From assembly GCA_965214095.1 (NCBI GenBank), contig OZ243938.1:206482-270481 (forward strand): a DNA stretch of 64,000 nt. The letters are read 5' to 3'. A model generated the notes under the pieces. That model was not told the origin of the DNA. It saw nothing but the letters and a program-made list of their open reading frames with translations, and searched no databases. Numbering within the stretch: position 1 is the stretch's first letter; the number at the start of each line of letters is the position of its first letter. Positions 1 to 9,844 of the stretch are shown piece by piece. The translations under genes were made by a program, and so were the position numbers. Origin of the DNA: Candidatus Poribacteria bacterium (lineage in GTDB: Bacteria > Poribacteria > WGA-4E > WGA-3G).

Positions 1-172
1 CTTTTCTTTAGTTATTTCACATTGCACGGTTCAATGCCAAACCGTTCAAATAAGACACGAAAGAGCGTTCTCGTACAGATGCATGCAGGTAACGATCAAA
101 TCATACCTGATAATAGGCACACAAATGTGAAATTAGTCCTCCGAGGGTTGAATCATTTTGCTACCCGTTCTT

Positions 173-195
173 CTGTTAGTCGTATAATCTAACAG
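173..195 (+). promoter_or_regulatory. Putative promoter/operator of mntA-hepT: TTGCTA (158-163), 19-nt spacer, TATAAT (183-188). The -10 lies in the loop of a 7-bp inverted repeat ctgttag...ctaacag.
   Basis: Hexamers and the palindrome read directly upstream of the 253 ATG. Spacer is longer than optimal. Confidence 0.25.
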
Positions 196-252
196 CAGAA
201 CTTATACATTGCTACTTACAGTCCCATTGATAAAAGGATTTAGGGAGTTAAT

Positions 253-564
253 ATGAAAAATCAAACGATTCTCAGCAAGGAATCAATTAAACAGAGTCTT
301 GTTGACAATCGAAAAACCTTGCAAAAATACGGTGTCAAGCGAATCGGCTTGTTCGGATCTTATGTACGAGGGACAGCATCCACCGAGAGCGACATTGATA
401 TCATTGTTGAACTTGAAAGACTGACCCTTCGCGACTACATGGGATTGGCTCTTTTTCTTGAAGACCTGTTTAAGAAGGACGTTGATCTAATGACTACTAC
501 CTCCATTAAACCGCGTCTAAAACCTTATATTGAAAAAGAGATAGAGTATGTCACGAATCTATAG
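253..564 (+). CDS. mntA: MntA-type nucleotidyltransferase antitoxin
   Basis: GLFGSYVRGTASTESDIDIIVEL matches the minimal nucleotidyltransferase GS-x(9-13)-DxD motif. ~100 aa. Overlaps the downstream HEPN gene by 17 nt. GGGAG SD. Confidence 0.7.
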   Translation: MKNQTILSKESIKQSLVDNRKTLQKYGVKRIGLFGSYVRGTASTESDIDIIVELERLTLRDYMGLALFLEDLFKKDVDLMTTTSIKPRLKPYIEKEIEYVTNL

Positions 565-892
565 TTTATATCTCGAAGATGTAGTTGAGGATGCTGAACG
601 TATTGCATCGTACGTTGAAAACGTTTCACAAAGTGAATTTGAAACGGATCAGATGCGGGTTGACGCGGTCATCAGAAACCTCCAAATCATCGGCGAAGCA
701 GTTAAAAAATTCCCAGATTCGATCCGAAAGGATAATACAGACATAGCCTGGAACGAAATTGCAGGTCTAAGAAACAGAGTAACTCACGTATATTTTAATG
801 TAGATACTAATATAATCTGGGACGTAGTGCAATTTGAACTTCCGATGTTAAAGACACAAATTCAACATATCCTTAATGAGATAAGTGAATGA
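548..892 (+). CDS. hepT: HepT-type HEPN toxin (DUF86)
   Basis: RNRVTHVY matches the HEPN R-x(4-6)-H-x-Y motif. 114 aa. Translationally coupled to mntA. Confidence 0.7.
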   Translation: MSRIYSLYLEDVVEDAERIASYVENVSQSEFETDQMRVDAVIRNLQIIGEAVKKFPDSIRKDNTDIAWNEIAGLRNRVTHVYFNVDTNIIWDVVQFELPMLKTQIQHILNEISE

Positions 893-1113
893 GAACATTT
901 CTCTTTGTACTTATGAACAATTAAGAAATTTGTGTTCACTTTCCTTATCATTTCTGATATACCATCAGGAGAATTGGAAGAACCATCTGTCAAAAACTCA
1001 GAGCCCGGACACTAAGGGGAATATAGAATACCAGATAATACGTAATCGTCATGAGATCAATCTGAAAACAAAGCATGATGAAGAATAAACTTACTTTAAA
1101 ATAGGAGTATTAA

Positions 1114-2109
1114 ATGATAAAAGTTGGAAAAATTAGTATGGCACATGTTCACGCAGGTGGATATGCACGACAAATTCACGAAAACCCTGAAACAGAACTC
1201 GTCGCAGTATGGGATGAGGAAGAATACGGAGGCAAAGATGCAGCAGAACAGTACGAAGTACCGTTCTATACAGACCTTGATGAGATGTTAAGCCGCGACG
1301 ATATTGATGCCGTTGCTGTTGATGCTATCACATCAGACCATCCTCGTGTGATGATTGCTGCTGCCGAAGCCGGCAAACATATCTTCACAGAGAAAGCACT
1401 TGCAATCACAGTTGAAGAATGCGATCCGATTATTGAAGCAGTTGAAAAAGCAGGTATAAAGTTCATGATTTCTCTGCCATCGCGTGCGAATGGCGAGATA
1501 CTATTCGCAAAAAAAGTAATTGATGATGGACTTCTCGGAGAAATTACTTTTGGCAGAGGTCGGATAGCACATTCCGCTGCCCTTGATAAATGGTTCGGTG
1601 GATCAAGTGCTTGGTTTGCAGACCCTGATCGCGCAGGTGGTGGTGCTCTCTTTGATTTAGGATGCCACCGTGTTGATGTCATACGATGGTTAATGGGTGA
1701 ACCCAAAAGTGCTATTGCTAAGATAAACAACTTCACTGGTAACTTCCCCATTGATGATAATAGTGTTTCAGTCGTAGAGTTTGCAAACAAGGCACTCGGT
1801 GTGATTGATGTTGCATGGACACACCGTTCCGGTCCGAATATGCTTGAGATATACGGTACTGAAGGTTCTTTTGCTGCAGGACACGGTGAGATGCATTTTC
1901 AGACGCGCAAACTGTCTGATGAAGAGAAGGCAAAATACATATCGGATGCTCCTGCAGCACCACCATCTCCATTGCAGCAGTGGATCAATGCAATCCTTCG
2001 CGACGAACCGATGACAATCACTATACAAGATGGACGAAACCTGACAGAACTGATGCAGGCGTTCTATATGTCCTCTGAACAGGGGAAAGCGATAGAATTT
2101 CCGCTTTAA
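1114..2109 (+). CDS. Gfo/Idh/MocA family NAD(P)-dependent oxidoreductase
   Basis: N-terminal Rossmann fold, EKA/EKP-like motif, typical ~330 aa length. AGGAG SD. Confidence 0.75.
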   Translation: MIKVGKISMAHVHAGGYARQIHENPETELVAVWDEEEYGGKDAAEQYEVPFYTDLDEMLSRDDIDAVAVDAITSDHPRVMIAAAEAGKHIFTEKALAITVEECDPIIEAVEKAGIKFMISLPSRANGEILFAKKVIDDGLLGEITFGRGRIAHSAALDKWFGGSSAWFADPDRAGGGALFDLGCHRVDVIRWLMGEPKSAIAKINNFTGNFPIDDNSVSVVEFANKALGVIDVAWTHRSGPNMLEIYGTEGSFAAGHGEMHFQTRKLSDEEKAKYISDAPAAPPSPLQQWINAILRDEPMTITIQDGRNLTELMQAFYMSSEQGKAIEFPL

Positions 2110-2153
2110 TACCTTCACGTAGGCGCGCTTTGTAAGCACGCTTAAAATTTTCA

Positions 2154-4661
2154 ATGAGATATGCTATGCAAGACTATCAACCAATCTCTCTCACCGATCT
2201 GTGTAACGTCAACGGAGAAATAATCGGCACAAACGCAAAACCAACATTAGGACTACAAACATTCCATGGACTCCCATTTCACATCTCTGAAGGTGAAAAG
2301 AGTTTTTTGGGTTTTGGTGATGGTGTCAATGTAGACGCGATAAATATTCCTGTGAATGCAAAACCGAAGCGGATCATCATAGCACACCGGCTGCTTGAAT
2401 CCCGTATCCATGAAGGCGAACCGATTGGAAAATGCATCGCTAACTATGTATTCCATTATGCAAATGGCGAACAGGAAAGTGTGCCAATCCGTGAACGTTT
2501 TGAGATCGGCAGCGTACCACAAGGATGGGGACAACAGACATTCATTGCTGTCCCTGATACAAAAGAAAGTTTGCATGCACGACATCAAGGACCGTGGGGT
2601 TCTGCAGGAAATCGACAAACAGAAGCACTGCAATGTGTTCCTCGCAACTACTACCTATGGATTTGGAAAAACCCGCATCCTGATGTTGAGGTGACTTCAA
2701 TAGAGATTCAACCACAAGAGCGCAAGTTTATCATTGCAGCAATCACACTTGGACATCTTGATGAAGACCCGATCCCACGTCATCCAAACCGTGAAGTTAA
2801 AATCACACTCCCACAACCAGAGGATGCAGATAAACCTTTTGACATGGAAGTCAATGTTGACCGCGGCACCGCAACCTATCCGTATCCTTTACCAGAGAAC
2901 CCAGTTGATGCATTTCTCAATGACGATTTCAAAGGTTGGGGAGAATACCAAAACAACAAAAGCAGTCCAGTCTACACTGAGATATCCGCCACACCTTCTG
3001 CAACCGTTGAAGTAAAGAATCAAGGTGAATCCCTCGGTGAAGTCAACTGGGGTGAACTCCAAGATAAAGGTATTGTTCAACCGAATGATCGTGTCAAAGT
3101 GGAAGTGATTGATACCGGTAGAAACTGGGTACATACCACCGTGATTGACGAAGAGACGAACAAACCTGTCCCCTGTCGCGTCCACTTCCGTTCACCGCAC
3201 GGTGTTCCGTACGCACCACATGGACACCACGCACATGTAAATTCAAACATGGGAACTTGGCACGTAGATATTGGCGGAGATGTGCGTTTAGGACAGATAA
3301 GTTATGCCTATATTGATGGCACTTGTCAGGGATGGTTACCTCGTGGCGATGTTATCGTCGATGTTGCCCGAGGATTTGAATATACGCCAATACGCACTAC
3401 CATCAGCATCAAACCAGGACAACGTGAGTTGACACTGCGAATAAAACGTTGGTGCAATATGAACACCGAACGCTACTTCAGCGGTGATACGCACGTCCAC
3501 TTCCTATCTACACAAGGTGCACATACCGAAGCACAAGGTGAAGACCTTGGTGTTGTCAATCTGCTCCTATCTCAATGGGGACATCTCTTTACCAATACTG
3601 AGGAATTCATCGGAAGACCCACAACATCTGCTGATGGTCAAAGCATCGTCTATGCAACGCAGGAGAACAGACAGCATGTTCTTGGACATCTCACACTTCT
3701 CGGATTAAAAGAACAGGTTTCACCGTGGTGCTCAGATGGACCTGGTGAAGCAGAACTCGGTGGAAACTTAGAGGTCACGCTATCTCACTGGGCAGATGCA
3801 TGTCATGCACAAGGTGGCACCGTCGTTTTGCCTCACATTCCAAATCCAAACTGTGAACCTGCAACACTCATTGCAACGGAACGCGTAGACGCTGTTGAAT
3901 ACCTTACCAACGCTATGTATGGACATATTGAATACTATCGCTACCTCAATTGTGGATATAAATTACCACTGGTCGGTGGGACAGATAAGATGACTGCTGA
4001 TGTACCTGTAGGTGTCTACAGAACATACACTCACATACCCGATGACGAAGAATTCAACTACGAGAACTGGTGCAAATATATGAGTGCAGGTAACACCTTC
4101 CTTAGCGGTGGACCGATAATTCGTATGACTGTAAACGGTCAACCCATCGGAAGCACGATCAACCTACCGGGGAATGGTGGCACAGTTGAAGTAGAGGCAT
4201 CAGCAGATTCTATCTTTCCTATTCATACCTTGCAAATTGTGCAAGCAGGAGGAGTTGTCGCTTCTACGGAGGAAAGCAACGGTTCTCATAATCTATCTAT
4301 CAAAGCAAAACTGAAGGTTGATAAACATTCGTGGATTGCTGCCCGATGCGGTGGACCGAACTATGCACAAGCAATTCCACATCACGATGGATGGAGACGT
4401 GGAATCATCGCACATACATCTCCAATTTATATCGCTGTCGGAGAGGAATGGTGGATGTTCGATCCAGAAACAGCAAACTATATGCTAACATTGATAGAAG
4501 GGGGACTGTCCTACATTCAACAATCCGCCAGACATCATGAACCGGGAACAGTAACGCATCATCACGGTGAAGACAATCATTTGGAATATCTCTCACGCCC
4601 TTTCCAAGAAGCACGCGAAGCGATACACAAACGAATGCATCAGTTAGGAATTCCACATTAA
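2154..4661 (+). CDS. Large (835 aa) hypothetical protein. Possible metallohydrolase (PHP/CehA-McbA-like), based on an SGDTHVHF motif and many His clusters.
   Basis: Long uninterrupted ORF. HxH-type motif GDTHVHF and His-rich segments. No confident family assignment by eye. Confidence 0.35.
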   Translation: MRYAMQDYQPISLTDLCNVNGEIIGTNAKPTLGLQTFHGLPFHISEGEKSFLGFGDGVNVDAINIPVNAKPKRIIIAHRLLESRIHEGEPIGKCIANYVFHYANGEQESVPIRERFEIGSVPQGWGQQTFIAVPDTKESLHARHQGPWGSAGNRQTEALQCVPRNYYLWIWKNPHPDVEVTSIEIQPQERKFIIAAITLGHLDEDPIPRHPNREVKITLPQPEDADKPFDMEVNVDRGTATYPYPLPENPVDAFLNDDFKGWGEYQNNKSSPVYTEISATPSATVEVKNQGESLGEVNWGELQDKGIVQPNDRVKVEVIDTGRNWVHTTVIDEETNKPVPCRVHFRSPHGVPYAPHGHHAHVNSNMGTWHVDIGGDVRLGQISYAYIDGTCQGWLPRGDVIVDVARGFEYTPIRTTISIKPGQRELTLRIKRWCNMNTERYFSGDTHVHFLSTQGAHTEAQGEDLGVVNLLLSQWGHLFTNTEEFIGRPTTSADGQSIVYATQENRQHVLGHLTLLGLKEQVSPWCSDGPGEAELGGNLEVTLSHWADACHAQGGTVVLPHIPNPNCEPATLIATERVDAVEYLTNAMYGHIEYYRYLNCGYKLPLVGGTDKMTADVPVGVYRTYTHIPDDEEFNYENWCKYMSAGNTFLSGGPIIRMTVNGQPIGSTINLPGNGGTVEVEASADSIFPIHTLQIVQAGGVVASTEESNGSHNLSIKAKLKVDKHSWIAARCGGPNYAQAIPHHDGWRRGIIAHTSPIYIAVGEEWWMFDPETANYMLTLIEGGLSYIQQSARHHEPGTVTHHHGEDNHLEYLSRPFQEAREAIHKRMHQLGIPH

Positions 4662-4679
4662 GAGACATAACATTCATTC

Positions 4680-4708
4680 ACGGCACACAGAGTATACTTA
4701 TTACTTTT
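4680..4708. repeat. REP2-family element, degenerate copy (acggcacacagagtatacttattactttt)
   Basis: Tandem partner of the 4728-4756 copy. Stem is degraded. Confidence 0.5.
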
Positions 4709-4727
4709 CATTCGTTGTATTATGTTT

Positions 4728-4756
4728 ACGGCACACGGAGTGTGCCTACTACTTTT
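4728..4756 (+). repeat. REP2-family hairpin ggcacac-gga-gtgtgcc followed by tactactttt. Possible terminator of the 2154-4661 gene.
   Basis: Perfect 7-bp GC-rich stem with a 3-nt loop and a short T-run. Same motif at 19811-19836 with compensatory stem changes. Confidence 0.5.
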
Positions 4757-4767
4757 AAGGAGAAAAT

Positions 4768-5739
4768 ATGCCAAAAGAATTAGTCGCAGTTGCCCCGCGG
4801 CAACCTGTGTTAAGAGACTATGAAGATGGACCTGTTCCTGATAATAGCGTCCGTGTCCAAATTGAATTCGGGGCACCAAAACGCGGTACCGAGATGACCA
4901 TGTATTATGGAAATAGAGGGGCAGGATTCCCTCACGGCCTCGGGAATATGTGTGTTGGAAAGATAATAGAAATCGGTGAAAATGTTGAAAACTGCGAAGT
5001 AGGAGAACTTGTTGCAGGACACGGACACCTCAAAGAAACACATACATGGAATGCGAACGGTGTGCTAAAGATGACAGACAAGATGACATGGAAAGATGCT
5101 GTCTGTTATGACCCCGCACACTTTGCATTATCCGCTATCCGTGATGGACAGGTGCGAGTTGGTGACCGTGTCGCAGTCTTCGGTCTCGGTGCAATCGGAT
5201 TGGTGACACAACAATATGCGAAAGAAGCAGGTGCTGATTTTATTGCTTGTGTTGACCCCATTGAGAGACGGCGCGCTGTCGCAGAAAAGACCGGTGCCGA
5301 TCTCGTCTTAGATCCAACTGCATGTAATGTCGGTGAAGTACTGAAAGAAGCAACAGGGGGATTAGGTCTTGATGTTGCAATTGAAACAAGTGCGAATTAT
5401 AATGCTCTTGACGATGCAATTCGGAGTGTCGCATTTGAAGGCACAGTCGTCGTGGCAGGTTGGGCAAAAGAGTGCACTGGTGGATTAGACCTCGGTGCTG
5501 TTGCACATTTCAACATACCAAACCTAATCTTTGCACGTGCTAATAGCGATCCAAACCGTGACCATCCACGTTGGAACTTCGGACGTATCAGAGAAACTTG
5601 TTGGAAATGGCTCGCTGAAGGTCGGTTTGACTGTGAAGATATTATTGACCCTGTTGTACCTTTTGAAGACTCCGTTGAGGCATACATTGAAATGGACAAT
5701 CATCCTGAACGTAGTGTCAAATTAGGTGTGTCATTCTAA
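4768..5739 (+). CDS. MDR-family (zinc-binding alcohol dehydrogenase-like) oxidoreductase
   Basis: VAVFGLGAIGL Rossmann motif in a ~320-aa dehydrogenase layout. AAGGAGA SD. Confidence 0.6.
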   Translation: MPKELVAVAPRQPVLRDYEDGPVPDNSVRVQIEFGAPKRGTEMTMYYGNRGAGFPHGLGNMCVGKIIEIGENVENCEVGELVAGHGHLKETHTWNANGVLKMTDKMTWKDAVCYDPAHFALSAIRDGQVRVGDRVAVFGLGAIGLVTQQYAKEAGADFIACVDPIERRRAVAEKTGADLVLDPTACNVGEVLKEATGGLGLDVAIETSANYNALDDAIRSVAFEGTVVVAGWAKECTGGLDLGAVAHFNIPNLIFARANSDPNRDHPRWNFGRIRETCWKWLAEGRFDCEDIIDPVVPFEDSVEAYIEMDNHPERSVKLGVSF

Positions 5740-5741
5740 AA

Positions 5742-5835
5742 GAGACAAACTAATACCATTTCAAATTGACCATCTAACATTAAGAAGACCTCGTTTGTAG
5801 TCGCGCAATTCATTGCGCCTCTTATGAGGTCTCTG
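5742..5835 (-). repeat. Family-3 post-stop repeat, inverted orientation. The 28-nt core at 5797-5824 is the exact reverse complement of 12154-12181.
   Basis: gtagtcgcgcaattcattgcgcctctta equals the reverse complement of taagaggcgcaatgaattgcgcgactac. Flanked by agacctc/gaggtct. Sits between convergent stops. Confidence 0.6.
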
Positions 5836-5874
5836 TGCCTCGCCATTGTATATCATAGATAATACCATGTAAAT

Positions 5875-6426
5875 TTATGCAGCAGTCAGTATTTCAACCG
5901 CCTTCTCCAAAGCCTTTTCCTCAACTTTCAATTTCGCATTTTCAACTTCACGCTTAACATACGTCACAGTATGTTCAAGGTTCATCGGTGTCGCAATATC
6001 CTCGATTATTTTATGGAGACGTTTAACATCTGTTTTCTTTATTCCTGTCTGTTCTTCTACGCGAGCGTGTAATTCTGCAGGCGTTTCAAGTTCCTCTACT
6101 TTCTTATCCGATTTTTTTGTCGTAGGTTTCGCTGTTTTAGTGGATCTTGTCCGTTTACGCGGCGTAGATTTCTGTATTTTACCAACACCTAACGCTTTAA
6201 CACCACATTCCTTACATAATTTTGCCGTAACGTCCGCCAATGTCATAGTAACAATCACTTCACTAATAGCACCACACAATTCACACTCCGTAAGACCTTC
6301 AATTCCTGCAAGGATATCAGTATGAAGTGCTAACATCTTCTGTTTATCAGTCTTTGTCGGTTTCTCTTTCTGACATAATACAATCAGTTTCTGGGCAGAT
6401 TTCTCAATATTGTCTAATTTTCCCAT
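5875..6426 (-). CDS. Hypothetical Lys-rich protein with a CxxC...CxxC zinc-ribbon-like motif
   Basis: Start moved to the MGKLDN Met, which is preceded by GGAGGTG; the longer ORF would overlap cimA. Contains CELCG...CKECG and a KSTPRKRTRSTKTAKPTTKKSDKK basic linker. Confidence 0.45.
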   Translation of the reverse strand: MGKLDNIEKSAQKLIVLCQKEKPTKTDKQKMLALHTDILAGIEGLTECELCGAISEVIVTMTLADVTAKLCKECGVKALGVGKIQKSTPRKRTRSTKTAKPTTKKSDKKVEELETPAELHARVEEQTGIKKTDVKRLHKIIEDIATPMNLEHTVTYVKREVENAKLKVEEKALEKAVEILTAA

Positions 6427-6508
6427 GTCACACCTCCAATATATGTTATAATTAGTATAACATATATGAAAATATCTGTCAAGGAAGTTTAGAGGAAATC
6501 CATCCAAT

Positions 6509-8080
6509 TCAACTGATTGAATGTTTATCTTTATGCAGCTTATATTCAAAACTATCAATCAGTGCTTCAAAACTTGCCGAGATGATATTCTCTGAAACAC
6601 CGACCGTCCGCCAACTATTTTTGCCATCCCCCGCTTCAATCAGGACACGCACTTTTGAACCAGTACCTGCTTTGGTATCCAAAACTCGAACCTTGTAATC
6701 TATCAATCGCACTTTCTGCAATACGGGATAATATTGCTCCAATGCCTTTCTTAACGCAGTATCCAATGCATTGACCGGACCATCACCATCTGCTGCGGTA
6801 TGCGTTGTGCTATCATCTGGCGTTGTTATTTTAACTGTAGCTTCTGAACGCATTGTTAGGTCTGAGAACTTTTCAATAATTACACGGAAACCGAGATGCT
6901 CAAAAAACGATTCATAATCATTAAATACGCTATGCGTTAGTAACTCAAACGATGCTTCCGCGGCTTCATACTGATATCCTTCACTCTCTGCCTCTTTCAA
7001 CCGATTAAAGAGTTCTAACACCTGTGGAGAGTTCTTATCATAATCGGGATATTCCTTCTCAATCTTCTTCATGATAGTTCCACGACCTGCTTGATCAGAG
7101 ACGAGAATACGTTGTGTATTCCCAACTTTTTCTGGTTCAATATGTTCGTAAGTCAGACGGTTTTTTCGGATTGCATCTGTGTGTAATCCACCTTTGTGCG
7201 CAAACGCAGAACGACCAACATACGGCTGTCGTTCATCATGTGGAAGGTTCGCTAACTCACTTACTAATCTGGATACTCTTGTAATTGACTGTAGTTGCGT
7301 TTCACTGATACATTCTATACCCAGTTTCAATTGGATCGTAGGAATAATTGATGCAAGATTTGCGTTTCCACAACGTTCTCCATATCCGTTGAATGTTCCT
7401 TGAACATGATTAGCTCCTGCTTGAACTGCTAAAACGGAGTTTGCTGCCCCCATACCTGCGTCGTTATGTGCATGAATGCCGATTGGTAAAGAAAAAGAAG
7501 ACATCGCAGTTTTCACACCTTCTTGTATTTCTATAGGCAACCTGCCACCATTTGTATCGCATAAAACTAAACATTTTGCCCCGCCAGAAGTAGCAGCCTG
7601 AAGTGTTTCAATAGCATATTCTGGGTCATCAGCATACCCATCAAAAAAGTGTTCGGCGTCGTATATGACTTCGCGTCCATTCTCCACAAGATACCGAACA
7701 GAACTCTCAATTATATTTAAGTTCTCTTCCGCTGAAACACGTAGGACATCAGTCGCATGCAAACGCCATGTCTTACCAAAAATCGTAACTATTCTGGCAC
7801 CAGTATCCAACAATGCTAATAGATTGGGATCTTCATGAGGTTCAAAGGTGGGATAACGAGTACTACCGAATGGTACAATAGTTGCTGTTTCTAATCTCAT
7901 ACCTTTGGCACGTTTGAAGAACTCTATATCTTTGGGATTGGAACCGGGATATCCACCCTCAATGTAGCGGATACCTAATTTATCAAGTTTTTCTATTATA
8001 ATAAGTTTATCTTCTACAGAAAAGGCAACTCCTTCTGCTTGGCTTCCATCGCGAAGTGTTGTATCGTAAAATTCAACCAT
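6509..8080 (-). CDS. cimA: (R)-citramalate synthase (2-isopropylmalate synthase family, CimA type)
   Basis: N-terminus YDTTLRDGSQAEGVAFSVEDKLIIIEKLDKLGIRYIEGGYPGSNPKD is typical of CimA/LeuA. ~520 aa with a C-terminal regulatory domain. Confidence 0.7.
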   Translation of the reverse strand: MVEFYDTTLRDGSQAEGVAFSVEDKLIIIEKLDKLGIRYIEGGYPGSNPKDIEFFKRAKGMRLETATIVPFGSTRYPTFEPHEDPNLLALLDTGARIVTIFGKTWRLHATDVLRVSAEENLNIIESSVRYLVENGREVIYDAEHFFDGYADDPEYAIETLQAATSGGAKCLVLCDTNGGRLPIEIQEGVKTAMSSFSLPIGIHAHNDAGMGAANSVLAVQAGANHVQGTFNGYGERCGNANLASIIPTIQLKLGIECISETQLQSITRVSRLVSELANLPHDERQPYVGRSAFAHKGGLHTDAIRKNRLTYEHIEPEKVGNTQRILVSDQAGRGTIMKKIEKEYPDYDKNSPQVLELFNRLKEAESEGYQYEAAEASFELLTHSVFNDYESFFEHLGFRVIIEKFSDLTMRSEATVKITTPDDSTTHTAADGDGPVNALDTALRKALEQYYPVLQKVRLIDYKVRVLDTKAGTGSKVRVLIEAGDGKNSWRTVGVSENIISASFEALIDSFEYKLHKDKHSIS

Positions 8081-8191
8081 GTTTTTTTAACAGTATGTTT
8101 TGCTTTAAGTTATTTTTGGATAGAAAATAACAACTTTGAACGCAAAAATCCGTGTCTCCTTAATGTGGTGGTACCCTTTTTTCTAAACAAA

Positions 8192-8220
8192 ATTTTATCA
8201 TAAACCTCCTCAAAAGTCAA
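8192..8220 (-). promoter_or_regulatory. Near-consensus sigma70-like promoter for cimA: TTGACT-N17-TAAAAT on the minus strand
   Basis: Read on the reverse complement ~110 nt upstream of the cimA ATG. The cimA ATG itself has no SD; upstream is A-rich. Confidence 0.3.
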
Positions 8221-8407
8221 GAATATTGTGATTTGCAATACGAACCATCAAACGAACTAAGGAGTATTTGTTTGGAGTGATTCCAAGACCGAAAAGCCTG
8301 GTTAAGACAAATACCAAAGACTTCAACACTACGCACACAATTCTAATTGGACAAACAAACAAATATATGGTAATCTGCATATCAAGATAATTTGGAAAAA
8401 GGAAAAT

Positions 8408-9844
8408 ATGATGGACCATAAGGAACAACTCATTCAAGAACTTACTGACATACTCGGAAAAAGAAATGTTTTAACAGACCCAACTGCTCTGTCAGTTTAT
8501 GAATGTGATGCCGCACCTTCATTCAAGGCACTACCGGATGTAGTCGTTTTTGGTGATACTACGCAACAGGTGTCGGATATAGTAAAAATAGCGAATAAAT
8601 TCAACACACCCTTCATCGCACGAGGCGGAGGAACGGGATTGAGTGGAGGTATGCTTTCTGTTCAAGGTGGTATTATTATTGCTCTCAACCGAATGGATCG
8701 CATCTTGGAAATTGATATTGAAAACGAAAGAGCAGTTGTAGAACCCGGTGTTGTCAATCTTCTCCTGTCTCAAGCTGTACAAAGTCAAGGTTACCATTAT
8801 GCACCCGACCCGTCAAGCCAGAAGGCATGCACCATCGGTGGCAACATCGCTGAAAACTCAGGTGGTCCACATACTTTAAAATACGGTGTTACTTCTGACC
8901 ATATTATCGGGATGGAAGTGGTGATGCCTGATGGTGAGATAATGGAGTTAGGTGGCGAAGTTGAAGAGGCACTTGGATATGACCTACGCGGCTTGTTCAT
9001 CGCATCCGAAGGAACTTTTGGTATCGTGACCAAAGCTACAGTCCGACTTACGCGGAATCCACAAGCATATCAAACTGCACTTGCAGTATTTGACAGAATG
9101 GATGATGCATCTAACGCTGTTTCAACGATAATCGGTGCCGGTATAATTCCAGCAGCCCTTGAAATGATGGATACACTTGTTATCCAAGCATTGGAGGAGG
9201 CGTTCCAGTTCGGTTTTCCACTTGATGCTGAGGCAATCCTTATCGTGGAACTTGACGGAATAGAAACCGGCATGCAGAATCAGACTGATAGGATTCTGGA
9301 AATATTCAATCAACATAATGCGCGTGAGGTGAACTATGCTAAAGATGATGCTGAACGTCAAGAACTGTGGAAAGCACGCAAAAGCGCATTCGGTTCATTC
9401 GGTAGACTTGCTCCGAACTACATTACTCAAGATGGTGTCGTGCCTCGCACAACGTTACCAAAGGTGTTAAGACGAATATCTGAGATCTCAGAGAAATATC
9501 AGATTGCAATAGCAAATGTATTCCATGCTGGTGATGGTAATATACATCCGATTGTACTGTTTGATGAACGTGATGCCGACCAATGTGAACGTGTGGAACA
9601 TGTGAACAAAGAAATACTAACTGTCTGTGCGGAAGTCGGAGGAACTATCACTGGGGAACACGGAATAGGCGTTGAAAAGCTGGATTATATGCCACTTATC
9701 TTCAGTCCTGCAGATTTGCAGGTGATGTCAAATGTAAAAGACATCTTCAATCCAACAGGACTCTGTAATCCCGGTAAAATCTTTCCAACTCCTGAATCCT
9801 ATCAAAAACTCGGTCTGTCAAAAGATAACCTTATTCAAAACTAA
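8408..9844 (+). CDS. FAD-linked oxidase (GlcD / D-lactate dehydrogenase family)
   Basis: FAD-binding PCMH-type N-terminus (ARGGGTGLSGG), ~480 aa, C-terminal FAD-oxidase domain. Confidence 0.75.
   Translation: MMDHKEQLIQELTDILGKRNVLTDPTALSVYECDAAPSFKALPDVVVFGDTTQQVSDIVKIANKFNTPFIARGGGTGLSGGMLSVQGGIIIALNRMDRILEIDIENERAVVEPGVVNLLLSQAVQSQGYHYAPDPSSQKACTIGGNIAENSGGPHTLKYGVTSDHIIGMEVVMPDGEIMELGGEVEEALGYDLRGLFIASEGTFGIVTKATVRLTRNPQAYQTALAVFDRMDDASNAVSTIIGAGIIPAALEMMDTLVIQALEEAFQFGFPLDAEAILIVELDGIETGMQNQTDRILEIFNQHNAREVNYAKDDAERQELWKARKSAFGSFGRLAPNYITQDGVVPRTTLPKVLRRISEISEKYQIAIANVFHAGDGNIHPIVLFDERDADQCERVEHVNKEILTVCAEVGGTITGEHGIGVEKLDYMPLIFSPADLQVMSNVKDIFNPTGLCNPGKIFPTPESYQKLGLSKDNLIQN

Noticed and set aside
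885-1088. 67-aa ORF after hepT
   Set aside because: No SD, low-complexity composition and it overlaps the hepT stop. Likely spurious.
1266-2154. Antisense ORFs inside the Gfo/Idh/MocA gene, and similar antisense ORFs inside other long genes (e.g. 2253-2633, 42741-43073, 43995-44282, 47199-47396)
   Set aside because: They are fully embedded opposite strongly supported genes, show no coding-like motifs, and have skewed composition typical of antisense frames.
8160-8200. Leader peptide MIKFCLEKRVPPH with GAGGAGG SD upstream of cimA
   Set aside because: Its ATG lies inside the predicted promoter spacer, so it would not be on the transcript. It is not enriched in Ile/Leu codons.
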